NCBI GenBank assembly: GCA_965215505.1
Contig: OZ244065.1
Location: forward strand, 1,696,001 to 1,760,000
Direction of reading: 5' to 3'
Length of the DNA stretch: 64,000 nucleotides
Source: Capsulimonadaceae bacterium
GTDB lineage: Bacteria > Armatimonadota > Armatimonadia > Armatimonadales > Capsulimonadaceae
A model generated the notes under the pieces. The model saw nothing but the letters and a program-made list of their open reading frames with translations, made no database searches and was not told the DNA's origin. Position 1 is the stretch's first letter, and each line of letters begins with the position of its first letter. Of this stretch, positions 47,858-60,388 are shown piece after piece. A program made the position numbers and the translations under genes.

Positions 47858-48694
47858 TTATTCGTGCCCCGCTGCCACTAGCTGCCGGCTCGTGACTTCG
47901 ACTTCCTGCCGGCCGTCGCGGTCCACCCAGACGCCGCAGGGGCCGCCGTCCTCGACGCCCTCTATCGTGAACGCGGTGCCGTCCATCCGCAGGACGGGCT
48001 GGTCGTACTCGGAAACACGCTCGGCGCGGTCTTCGATGTAGTGACCAATCAGCGAGCGGCGGAAGCGGTCCTTGCTCGTGTTCGGGTAGGAGCCGTGTAC
48101 CAGGGAACCGGTGAAGAACAGGACATCCCCGGCTGCCATCAGTACGGGAACGGCCTCAACACCCTCAGGCAGCGGGACGGTCACGTCCGTGAAGCTGGCC
48201 GAGGTGTCTGCTTTCGCCGTGCAGAGGATCGGCCACTCGTGGCTGCCGGGGACGACCCGCATGCAGCCGTTCTCCTCGTCGCAGTCGTCCAAAGCGAGCC
48301 AGGCCGCCATGCAGGTGCCCGGCTGCGCTTTGAGGTAGAAGTTGTCCTGGTGCAAGGCCTGCCCACGCGCCCCGGCGGGCTTGAAGTAGAGCATGGTTTG
48401 CACGGCCAAAGGCTCCGTGCCGAGGAAGGCATTCAGACACTCGTTCAGGCGGCTGTCCAGCAGCCAGCGCAAGCTGGCTTCATCCCAGCGGTGCATGTGG
48501 ATCATGCGCGGGAACTTCTTGAGCGGGTCGGCGGACTGCACAGTCTCGGCCACCATGTCGCCGGGTTTGACGCCGTCAGAGCGCAAGGCCATGAAGTGGT
48601 TGCGGTAGAACGCGACCTCTTCCGGCAAAAACAGGCCCTTGATGACGGCGTAACCGTTTTGCGCGATGAACGCTTTGTCCGACGCGGTGACCAT
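47858..48694 (-). CDS. PhyH-family 2-oxoglutarate/Fe(II) dioxygenase
   Basis: LHQDN, WLALDD..EENGC..VVPGSH, GDVLFF...VHGS..N.S...RR. Confidence 0.9.
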   Translation of the reverse strand: MVTASDKAFIAQNGYAVIKGLFLPEEVAFYRNHFMALRSDGVKPGDMVAETVQSADPLKKFPRMIHMHRWDEASLRWLLDSRLNECLNAFLGTEPLAVQTMLYFKPAGARGQALHQDNFYLKAQPGTCMAAWLALDDCDEENGCMRVVPGSHEWPILCTAKADTSASFTDVTVPLPEGVEAVPVLMAAGDVLFFTGSLVHGSYPNTSKDRFRRSLIGHYIEDRAERVSEYDQPVLRMDGTAFTIEGVEDGGPCGVWVDRDGRQEVEVTSRQLVAAGHE

Positions 48695-48705
48695 GCGGTT
48701 GCCTC

Positions 48706-50064
48706 TCAGACGGCCGCCATTTGCAGGGGCGCGAAGACCCGCTGCGGGCGGTCGGTCTTGGGGATGAGCGCCTCGTACTCGTCCCGGTAGTAATAGATCG
48801 CGCCCTTGCCGAAGCGCGTCTCGGCCAGCGGCATGGCGGCGGCATCGCCAAGGGCGCAGAAGGAGCGCCCGAAGATATTGTTGCAGACGTCCAGGATGAG
48901 GTCAATGTCGCCGGGACGGCCGCCGCCAGCCATGATGCGGTCGTGGATCTTGACCAGCCACGTTGTCCCCTCTCGGCAGGGCGTACACTTGCCGCAGGAC
49001 TCGTGCGCGTAGAAGTGGGCCAGCCGGGTCATCAAAGCAGGGACGCTCACCGTCTCATCGTAAACGATCAGGGCGCCGGACCCGAGCATCGAGCCGACCT
49101 TGCCCAGAGAGCCATAGTCGTAAGGCGTGTCGATAAAGCTCGCCGGCAGGAGTGGCGTGGACGAGCCGCCGGGGATGATGAACTTGAGCTGCTTGTCGTC
49201 CTTCATGCCGCCCGCCAGGTCATAAATCAGCTCACGGATCGGGGTCCCCAGGACGATCTCGTAGTTGCCGGGCCGCTTGACGTGGCCGCTGATCGTCACC
49301 AGCTTGGTGCCCTTGCTCGCGCCGCCGCAGACGGGGCCGGGGCCGACTGTTCCGGGTCCGATCTTGGCGTACTCGGCGGCACCCATCTCCATGATGGGGA
49401 CGACGGCGGCGATGCTCTCGACATTGTTAATGAGCGTCGGGCAGTCCCACGCGCCGCGAATCTGTCGCAGGGGGGCGGCCGGGGGCTTGTGCCGGGGCAT
49501 GCCGCGCTCGCCCATCAGCGAGGACAGCAGGGCGGACTCTTCGCCGCACTCGTAGGAGCCGGCACCCATGTGAACGAAGATGTCCAGGTCGTAGCCGCTG
49601 CCGAGGATGTTCTTGCCGAGCAGGCCCTTGTCATAAGCCTGCTCGATGGCCTTCTCGATCTGCCGGGCGGGGTGGATGTACTCGCCCCGAATGTAGATGT
49701 AGCACGTCTTGGAGCGGATCGCCCAGGCGGCGATGATGCAGCCCTCGATCAAGATGTGCGGCACCTTGGTCATCAGCTCGCGGTCCTTGGCGGTGCCCGG
49801 CTCGCCCTCGTCGGCATTGATGACGAGGTAGTGGGGCTGGTCCCAGTTTTTCGGCACGGCGTTCCACTTGAAGCCGGTGCCGACGCCCGCGCCGCCGCGC
49901 CCGCGCAGGCCGGAGTCGGTCACTTCCTTGATGATGGCGTCGTGGTCCATCGTCAGGCACTTGCGGGCGGTGTCATAGCCGCCGTGCTTCATGTAGGTGT
50001 CGATGTTGTCAATGCCGGGAACGTGCCGGTGCTTGAACAAAAGCTGTATCTGTTCGGTCGCCAT
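48706..50064 (-). CDS. nuoF: NADH-quinone oxidoreductase subunit F (divergent nucleotide pocket)
   Basis: SGLRGRGGAG, NADEGEPGT.KDR, CGEESAL, NNVES, ESCGKCTPCREG, FCALG. Confidence 0.95.
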   Translation of the reverse strand: MATEQIQLLFKHRHVPGIDNIDTYMKHGGYDTARKCLTMDHDAIIKEVTDSGLRGRGGAGVGTGFKWNAVPKNWDQPHYLVINADEGEPGTAKDRELMTKVPHILIEGCIIAAWAIRSKTCYIYIRGEYIHPARQIEKAIEQAYDKGLLGKNILGSGYDLDIFVHMGAGSYECGEESALLSSLMGERGMPRHKPPAAPLRQIRGAWDCPTLINNVESIAAVVPIMEMGAAEYAKIGPGTVGPGPVCGGASKGTKLVTISGHVKRPGNYEIVLGTPIRELIYDLAGGMKDDKQLKFIIPGGSSTPLLPASFIDTPYDYGSLGKVGSMLGSGALIVYDETVSVPALMTRLAHFYAHESCGKCTPCREGTTWLVKIHDRIMAGGGRPGDIDLILDVCNNIFGRSFCALGDAAAMPLAETRFGKGAIYYYRDEYEALIPKTDRPQRVFAPLQMAAV

Positions 50065-50119
50065 GGTGAGAAACCTTCTCTAAGCCCCTTCCGGGGCGCG
50101 TCCGTTACTTGTATGCAGG

Positions 50120-50593
50120 CTACTTGCGAGCGAGTTCGTCAATGATCCGGTCGGCGATCTCCGGCGTCAGGTCTTCATAGTAGGTGTCGCCGACCATCAT
50201 GCAGGGGGCATTGGCGCACGCGCCGAGGCACTCCGCACCGTTCAGGGTGAACTTGCGGTCGGGGGTCGTCTCGCCCTTGTCAATGCCAAGCTTGTTCCCG
50301 ATGTGGTCTATGAGCTGGTCCGCGCCGACGAACATGCAGACGATGTTGTGGCAGACCTCCAAGTGGTACTTGCCCACGGGGGCCTTGTTGTACATCGTAT
50401 AGAAGGTCGCCACGCCCTCCACATCGGCGGGCGGCAGTTCGAGGTAGCCCGCGACTTCCTTCATGGCCTCACGCGGCAGCCAGCCGCCGTTCTCCTCCTG
50501 TGCCAGCCACAGGGCGGGCAGCAAGGCGGCCTTCTTGGTCGGGTACTTCTTGAGGATGACGTCGAGCTTCTTTTTGGCTTCTTCGGTGAACAT
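50120..50593 (-). CDS. nuoE: NADH-quinone oxidoreductase subunit E
   Basis: ALLPAL..AQ, VATFYTMY, CHNIVC, ECLGACANAP. Confidence 0.94.
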   Translation of the reverse strand: MFTEEAKKKLDVILKKYPTKKAALLPALWLAQEENGGWLPREAMKEVAGYLELPPADVEGVATFYTMYNKAPVGKYHLEVCHNIVCMFVGADQLIDHIGNKLGIDKGETTPDRKFTLNGAECLGACANAPCMMVGDTYYEDLTPEIADRIIDELARK

Positions 50594-50606
50594 AAATCTT
50601 GATCTT

Positions 50607-51332
50607 CTAAAGCGCATCCGCGAAGGCGGCGAACAGGGCGCGGGAGGGCGCATCGGTGTCGTACAGGTTTTCCGGGTGCCACTGGACGGCGAGCAGGTAT
50701 CGCGCGTCCGGCTTTTCCAGTGCCTCGATCACGCCGTCATCGGAGCGGGCGGTGACGACCAGCCCCGGCGCGACTTCTTTGGCCGCCTGGTGGTGGTGGC
50801 TGTTGATCGGCAGAGTCTCCGGGTCTCGCAGAATCTTCCCCAGCCGACTCCCCGGCGCGACACAGGTGTGATGCGTCTTCTCGGACGAATGCGGCCCCTG
50901 ACGGTGCGCCCACTGCTCTCCAAGCTGTGTCGGCAGGTCTTGGTACAGCGTCCCGCCCAATGCGACGTTCACGACTTGCAGGCCCCGGCAGATCGCGAAG
51001 ACCGGCAGGTCGCGGGCGACGGCGGCACGGACGAGGGCGATCTCATGCGCGTCACGCCCTCCGGCCTCAGTCTCCGTCGCCGGATGAACGCTGTCGCCTT
51101 CGCCGTAGAAGCTCGGGTGGATGTCCAGGCCGCCACTGAGCAGCAACCCATCGAGCAGGTCAAGCTGGGCCGTTCGGACCGTCTCGTCGCCCGTCACGGG
51201 CAGCAGGAGCGGCAGCAGCCCGGCCTGTTCGCAGGCCGCCGAGTAGGCGCACCGGACGTAGTCCATCGGCAGGTTCCAGTCCCCCACCGTCCCCTGCGAA
51301 CAGGTGATGCCGACGATCTTGCGCTTGGTCAT
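50607..51332 (-). CDS. Gamma-glutamyl-gamma-aminobutyrate hydrolase-like (peptidase C26 / class I GATase)
   Basis: GLLLSGG.DI.P, RD..E, ICRGLQ..NVA.GGTL.Q, NSHHHQ, VQWHPE. Confidence 0.9.
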   Translation of the reverse strand: MTKRKIVGITCSQGTVGDWNLPMDYVRCAYSAACEQAGLLPLLLPVTGDETVRTAQLDLLDGLLLSGGLDIHPSFYGEGDSVHPATETEAGGRDAHEIALVRAAVARDLPVFAICRGLQVVNVALGGTLYQDLPTQLGEQWAHRQGPHSSEKTHHTCVAPGSRLGKILRDPETLPINSHHHQAAKEVAPGLVVTARSDDGVIEALEKPDARYLLAVQWHPENLYDTDAPSRALFAAFADAL

Positions 51333-51526
51333 CTCGGTGTTCGGTGGTGCGTGGCACGGCGGAACAGGGTGATAGCCCTGATCAAAAAGATGCCGAAAGC
51401 GCAGCCGCTGAAAAACAGGCCGAAAACGGCAACGGCACGCACTCCATGGGAAAACTCTAGCAACCCTAGGACCGCCCAGAAGAGGCTCACACCGAAGTGG
51501 ATGCCTGACGACCTATGCTGTCTCAA
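51329..51526 (-). CDS. Small two-TM hypothetical protein
   Basis: Two hydrophobic segments; stop overlaps the next start (ATGA). Confidence 0.45.
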   Translation of the reverse strand: MRQHRSSGIHFGVSLFWAVLGLLEFSHGVRAVAVFGLFFSGCAFGIFLIRAITLFRRATHHRTPR

Positions 51527-51554
51527 CCCGTCCTACGACTTTCCCCGCCGTTCC

Positions 51555-52820
51555 TTAGCGGTCTATGTCCCCCAGCACGATGTCGATGGAGCCGATGATG
51601 GCGACCACGTCGGCGATCATGCGGCCCTCGGCCATCTTGGGCAGGGCTTGCAGGTTGTTGAACGACGGCCCCTTGATCTTGACGCGGGCGGGCTTGTTGG
51701 AGCCGTCGCTGTAGATGTAGTAGCCCTTCTCGCCGCGCGCGCTCTCCACGGCGGCGTAGGACTCGCCGATCGGCGGGTGATAGCCTTCGGTGAACAGCTT
51801 GAAGTGGTGGATGAGCGACTCCATGGACGTGTCCAGCTCGGCGCGCGGCGGCGGGGCGATCTTGCGGTCGCTGGTCATCACCGGCCCGCCCGGAACGTCC
51901 TTCAGGGCCTGGACCAGAATGCGCTGGCTCTGCTTCATCTCTTCCATGCGGCACAGGAACCGGTCGTACACGTCGCCGGTCTTGCCGGTGGGCACGTCGA
52001 ACTCGAACTGGTCGTAGCCGGTGTAGGGGTTCGCCTTGCGGATGTCCCAGGCGACGCCCGACCCGCGCAGGGTGGGGCCGCTGAGGCCCCACGCCACGGC
52101 GTCCTCGGCGGAGATGATCCCGACGCCGGACAGCCGCTCGATGAAGATGGGGTTCTTCGCGATGAGCCGGTTGTACTCGTCCAGCCGGCGCGGGAAGTCG
52201 GCGACGAAGCGGTTGACCTTGTGGAACCAGCCTTCGGGCATGTCTCCGCGCAGGCCGCCGGGGCAGATCCAGGACGTCATCATGCGGACGCCGGACATCA
52301 TTTCCTTCATGTCCAGGATTTGGTCGCGCTCGCGCCAGGTGTAAAAGAACAGGGTCATGGCCCCGATGTCCAGGGCGTGCGTGCCGAGCCAGAGCAGGTG
52401 GGAGGCGATCCGCTCCAGCTCGTTCAGGATCAGGCGCAGGCGCTGGGCGCGCGGCGGGATCTCGCAGTCAATCAGCTTTTCGACGGCCATGGAGTAGGCG
52501 AGGTTGTTCATCAGGTTGGAGAGATAATCTTCCCGGTCCGTGATGGTCAGGGCCTTGTAGTAGGTCATGTTCTCCATAGTCTTTTCCAGACCCGTGTGGA
52601 GGTAGCCGATGTGCGGCGTCGCCTTCATGACGTTCTCACCGTTCAGCTCGACCACGAGGCGCAGAACGCCATGCGTGGAAGGGTGCTGCGGCCCCATGTT
52701 GACGATCATCAGGTCGCCGTCGTCGGTCTGGATGCGCTCGGCGTCAATGCCCGCGCCCAGCCGCTGGATGGTCGGTGCCGGCGTCGCCGGTGCTGTTAAT
52801 TCACGCTCGATGGTTGCCAT
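51555..52820 (-). CDS. nuoD: NADH-quinone oxidoreductase subunit D
   Basis: NMGPQHPSTHGVLRL, GYLH.G.EK, LRGSG, IGSIDIVLGDIDR. Confidence 0.97.
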   Translation of the reverse strand: MATIERELTAPATPAPTIQRLGAGIDAERIQTDDGDLMIVNMGPQHPSTHGVLRLVVELNGENVMKATPHIGYLHTGLEKTMENMTYYKALTITDREDYLSNLMNNLAYSMAVEKLIDCEIPPRAQRLRLILNELERIASHLLWLGTHALDIGAMTLFFYTWRERDQILDMKEMMSGVRMMTSWICPGGLRGDMPEGWFHKVNRFVADFPRRLDEYNRLIAKNPIFIERLSGVGIISAEDAVAWGLSGPTLRGSGVAWDIRKANPYTGYDQFEFDVPTGKTGDVYDRFLCRMEEMKQSQRILVQALKDVPGGPVMTSDRKIAPPPRAELDTSMESLIHHFKLFTEGYHPPIGESYAAVESARGEKGYYIYSDGSNKPARVKIKGPSFNNLQALPKMAEGRMIADVVAIIGSIDIVLGDIDR

Positions 52821-52850
52821 GGAAATGACTCGTTTCTAAACCGCTCTGCC

Positions 52851-53456
52851 CTATTGGCCCCGGACGTTATAGGTGAACTCGATCTCTTCGCCGCCGAGTG
52901 GGAAGTCTTTCCGCAGCGGGTGGCCGACCCAGTCGTCGGGCATCAGGATGCGGCGCAGGTCCGAGTGGTTGTTGAAGCTGATGCCGAACATGTCATAGAC
53001 TTCGCGCTCGTTCCAGTTGGCGTTCGGCCAGACACCTTCCACGGTATCAATGGTCGCGTCGTCCTCGGACACCTGGGCCTTGAGGCGAAGGCGCTGGAAT
53101 GTTCCCATGGAGTAGAGGTTGTAGATGACCTCGAACCGAATCTCGTCCTCGTCGTCCTCATCGATCAGGTCCAGCCGGTCGAAGCAGGTGATATCAGACA
53201 GATAATTGTAGTTCGTTTCCGCAGAATCACGCAGCAGCTTGCAGATGCCGACGACGTTGGCTTTATGGATGAGAATGGTCTTCTCGCCCCGGAACAGGCG
53301 CGTCTGCACCACGGAACCGGGGAAGTTCTCCTGGATCAGCCGCAGCTCCACGCAGTCATCGGGGTTCAGGTCCACCCAATCGTCGGGGCGCTTGACCTGG
53401 ATCTCGCGGAGCTGCAAATCGGTCGGCGTCAGGCCGAGGCGCACATCATAGTCCAT
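52851..53456 (-). CDS. nuoC: NADH-quinone oxidoreductase subunit C
   Basis: RFEVIYNL, W.EREVYDMFGI.F..H.DLRRILMP..W.GHPLRKDFPL. Confidence 0.95.
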   Translation of the reverse strand: MDYDVRLGLTPTDLQLREIQVKRPDDWVDLNPDDCVELRLIQENFPGSVVQTRLFRGEKTILIHKANVVGICKLLRDSAETNYNYLSDITCFDRLDLIDEDDEDEIRFEVIYNLYSMGTFQRLRLKAQVSEDDATIDTVEGVWPNANWNEREVYDMFGISFNNHSDLRRILMPDDWVGHPLRKDFPLGGEEIEFTYNVRGQ

Positions 53457-53473
53457 AGTTTAGTTCCGGTTTG

Positions 53474-53592
53474 CGAGTGGTTGAAAACCACTCGCTAGGA
53501 GAAGCACCCTGCGGGTGATAAGATAGCCTAATAGAACCCGTTCCCATCCGTCCGCAGGACGCCTGGCTTAGCGAGTGGTTTCCAACCGCTCG
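53474..53592. repeat. REPIN/MITE-like element, copy 2, between nuoB and nuoC
   Basis: Left CGAGTGGTTGAAAACCACTCGCTA, right TAGCGAGTGGTTTCCAACCGCTCG, inner CCTGCGG/CCGCAGG. Confidence 0.75.
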
Positions 53593-53605
53593 GCCTCGTG
53601 CAAGA

Positions 53606-54069
<464 letters not shown>

Positions 54070-54079
<10 letters not shown>

Positions 54080-54471
54080 TCAAACGCGCCTTTCTGCCAG
54101 ACATAGATGTAGCCTACGAAGAGGATGATGATGAAGACCACCATCTCCATGAGGCTGAACACCTGGAGCGCGTGGCTGTTCCAGCGCGTGAACGAAACCG
54201 CCCAGGGGTACAGGAAGACGGTTTCGATGTCGAACACGATGAACAGCATCGCGATGAGATAAAATTTGACGGGGAACCGCTCGCGCGCCGACCCGACCGG
54301 AGTCACGCCGCACTCATACGGGGCGAGCTTCGCGGCGGACGGCTTCTTGGGGCCGAGTATCCAGGACAGACCGACGAGGACGGAGGCCAGCCCGACGGCG
54401 ACGATCAGGATGATCATCAGCGGGATATAATCGGAGATCTGTGGTGTCGGCGGCGGTGCGACAGGAAGCAT
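54070..54471 (-). CDS. nuoA: NADH-quinone oxidoreductase subunit A
   Basis: [31 protein letters not shown]. Confidence 0.95.
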
Positions 54472-54536
54472 GGCGTTCCCCTCTGTGAACGGTGACGATG
54501 GGGCGTTTTCGGGGCGATATTCCCCGATTGCGCTTC

Positions 54537-54571
54537 TTGTGAATTATGTCACAAGCATATACGTTTGTCAA
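54537..54571 (-). promoter_or_regulatory. nuo promoter with an overlapping Rex-like operator
   Basis: TTGACA-N17-CATAAT on the minus strand; TTGTGAATTATGTCACAA (54537-54554) differs at one position from TTGTGAA-N4-TTCACAA. Confidence 0.75.
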
Positions 54572-54725
54572 TGGGGTTCGGGAAGAAAAGCAGGAAGGCT
54601 TCCCAAGCGCGTCTGATGCCCTCTACCCAAATAGAACACAAGTTGAACCGCTTATCCCATGTTGACAACAGAGTAGTCGGTTCAAGGATCGCTGACGAAT
54701 AACTCAGTCAGTTCTGGACAGAACA

Positions 54726-55475
54726 TCACTCTTGGAATGTTCTGTTCCGGCAGCGCTCGTGGATGGAACACTCCTCCCTCAAATGTGGATCACGCTCGCG
54801 CCGCTCAGGGTTACTTTGGCTAAATAGTTGACTGAGGAAGGATTGGGAGAAACCCTGCCCACAAATCGGGCAGCATTTGTTTCGTACCCGCCGTAGTTTC
54901 TCGTTCTTAATTCGTTCCTGTTCTGCTGCCTTTTCTGCTTGAAGGGCTTCTTCTTGTTGTCGAGCCGCACTATATTCATCAGCGCTCGCTTGCCTTCCTC
55001 GTTGGTACTCTTGTCTGTTTCCTGTTGCACTACAAAGGGCATGAGCGTACCGCAGTGAAGCACCCTCGGCGATAAATTCACCCATCGAATCGTAACGCGA
55101 GTTCCATTCGTGCCAACTTCTAAAATCAGTTGCGTTACTGTGGACAGGCTGCCTACAATAGTGGCAACTCGGTGCGTCTTGCCGCTGTCCGCAGTTACGA
55201 CATTCTGCCTTAAGTAGTGGGACAAGTGGTTCCCCACATGTCTCGCAACGCGCATCAGTATTCAGTACGGCATTAAGACAGTGTGAGTGAAAATAGCGAT
55301 ACTGATGAGTGTAAATAGAGTCTATTTCTTTGCGGACTAACTCAGAAGCCCTTCCACGAATTTCGCACACTACGCACAACTCGCCATGCGGAAAAGCAGT
55401 GTTGCAATTTAGGCAAGACGATACGCTCGAACTTATTGATTTCCCGCACTCAAAACATTTCACCAGTTCAGCCAT
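54726..55475 (-). CDS. Cys/His-rich multi-zinc-finger hypothetical protein
   Basis: Seven CxxC and three HxxC motifs plus a coiled coil; AAGGA RBS; AT-richer DNA. Confidence 0.7.
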   Translation of the reverse strand: MAELVKCFECGKSISSSVSSCLNCNTAFPHGELCVVCEIRGRASELVRKEIDSIYTHQYRYFHSHCLNAVLNTDARCETCGEPLVPLLKAECRNCGQRQDAPSCHYCRQPVHSNATDFRSWHEWNSRYDSMGEFIAEGASLRYAHALCSATGNRQEYQRGRQASADEYSAARQQEEALQAEKAAEQERIKNEKLRRVRNKCCPICGQGFSQSFLSQLFSQSNPERRERDPHLREECSIHERCRNRTFQE

Positions 55476-55574
55476 TTATGTTTCCTTAGCAAGAACGTGA
55501 CCTGGATTTGAAGGGTCACCGGGATTGATCTAAGGCCATTTTATAGCCTTACAACCAACCTCCGAGATGTGTTC

Positions 55575-55954
55575 TCAGGTGTTGTCAATGATGAACCACT
55601 CATGGTACACGATGGCGATAAAAAAATCTTCGCCCACTACCCTGTCACAGACTGCCATGCGGCCGGTCCAGAACAGTTCGTCTTCCGGGTCTGGGTGGTG
55701 CGTAGTGTCCTTCAGGAAGACGGTCATGCTGTTGCCGTCTTCACTGACGATGCTTCGGAGGATCATGACGTTCGGATGCCGGTCCCTGTCAATCGGCAGC
55801 AAAACAGGGCGGCCTGCGATGGTCAAAAACTCTGGGTCAGAATGGTCCATCTCCGAAGCCCAGTCCTCCGGCCCTCATGCTTCTCGATGATGCGGTCCCA
55901 CCGGTACGCCCGAATTTTCTCCAACGCTTCTGCCGAGAGACTGGAGACAGTCAT
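55575..55954 (-). pseudogene. Hypothetical gene split by a 1-nt deletion near 55872
   Basis: MTVSSLSAEALEKIRAYRWDRIIEKHEG then PEDWASEMDHSDPEF...YHEWFIIDNT after a one-base frame shift. Confidence 0.65.
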
Positions 55955-55959
55955 GGCAT

Positions 55960-59637
<3,678 letters not shown>

Positions 59638-59667
59638 AGGTTTTCTTCCGATCTAATCCAATCCAGT

Positions 59668-60087
59668 TCAGTCCGCCCAGTTCTCGTAGGCCAGTCCGGG
59701 CACGCGCCCGAAGTCGCGCAAGTTACGGGTGATAACGACGGCGTTCTCTTCCAAGGCGAGTGCGGCAATGCGTAGGTCCATCTTGCCGATGTTCAACTTC
59801 ATCGCCAGGAGTGCGTTGTAACGGCGAATGGCGGCTTCCGAGAAGGTAACGATGTGTATGCCCGAGAGCGTTCGGACATTGTTTGTCAGGTTCTGGTAGG
59901 CATACGCCAACTGCGCGTCGGTCTTCGTACTTCTAAGAAACGCCTGCCACCCGACAAGTTGTTCCTGTACGCTGATGACAGTGGTACCCAGGCCGTTCGG
60001 CAACGCGGCGGTCACACGCTCCTCCAGAGGAGAGGGTCCATGTTGAAAGAGCGTCAGCGAGTCGGTGTCGAGGAGGGCGAAGGCCAT
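59668..60087 (-). CDS. PIN-domain VapC-type toxin
   Basis: LLDTD, QEQLVG, MDLRIAA.AL, TRN.RDF.RVPGL..ENW. Confidence 0.9.
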   Translation of the reverse strand: MAFALLDTDSLTLFQHGPSPLEERVTAALPNGLGTTVISVQEQLVGWQAFLRSTKTDAQLAYAYQNLTNNVRTLSGIHIVTFSEAAIRRYNALLAMKLNIGKMDLRIAALALEENAVVITRNLRDFGRVPGLAYENWAD

Positions 60088-60296
60088 CAATAATCCGGGT
60101 CCTCGTCTGCCTTTCGGCGGTTCTCGCGCATGATCTCCACCCACTCATCAAAGAGCGGGTCGTCCCGAAAGATGCCGGCCATCTTTGCCCATGGGTTGCC
60201 TTCCGCCTTGGCCTTCTCGATGAGTCGTTCTGCCTCCACCCTTTCTTCAGGCGTCGGCTTCGGCAGATTGCCCAGGAATACAAATGGTTCACTCAT
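60087..60296 (-). CDS. Probable antitoxin
   Basis: NPW.KMAG.F.DDP.FDEW; TGATG overlap with the toxin start. Confidence 0.75.
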   Translation of the reverse strand: MSEPFVFLGNLPKPTPEERVEAERLIEKAKAEGNPWAKMAGIFRDDPLFDEWVEIMRENRRKADEDPDY

Positions 60297-60331
60297 AACA
60301 CTGATTATAGCACAAAGCGTGCCAACGCGCC

Positions 60332-60360
60332 TTGACATCCCCTGCCCCGTCCGTTATACT
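60332..60360 (+). promoter_or_regulatory. sigma70-type promoter of the ROK gene
   Basis: TTGACA-N17-TATACT. Confidence 0.75.
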
Positions 60361-60388
60361 ATCGCGGGAATGGGCAGGAGGATGGCGC

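Noticed and set aside
54779..55255. 158-aa same-strand ORF nested in the zinc-finger gene
   Set aside because: No RBS or motifs; the overlapping frame is already explained.
59638..60330. SAM/cobalamin riboswitch upstream of metH; T-boxes before thrS or pheS
   Set aside because: The intergenic spaces are too short or occupied by other genes, and no recognisable consensus was found.
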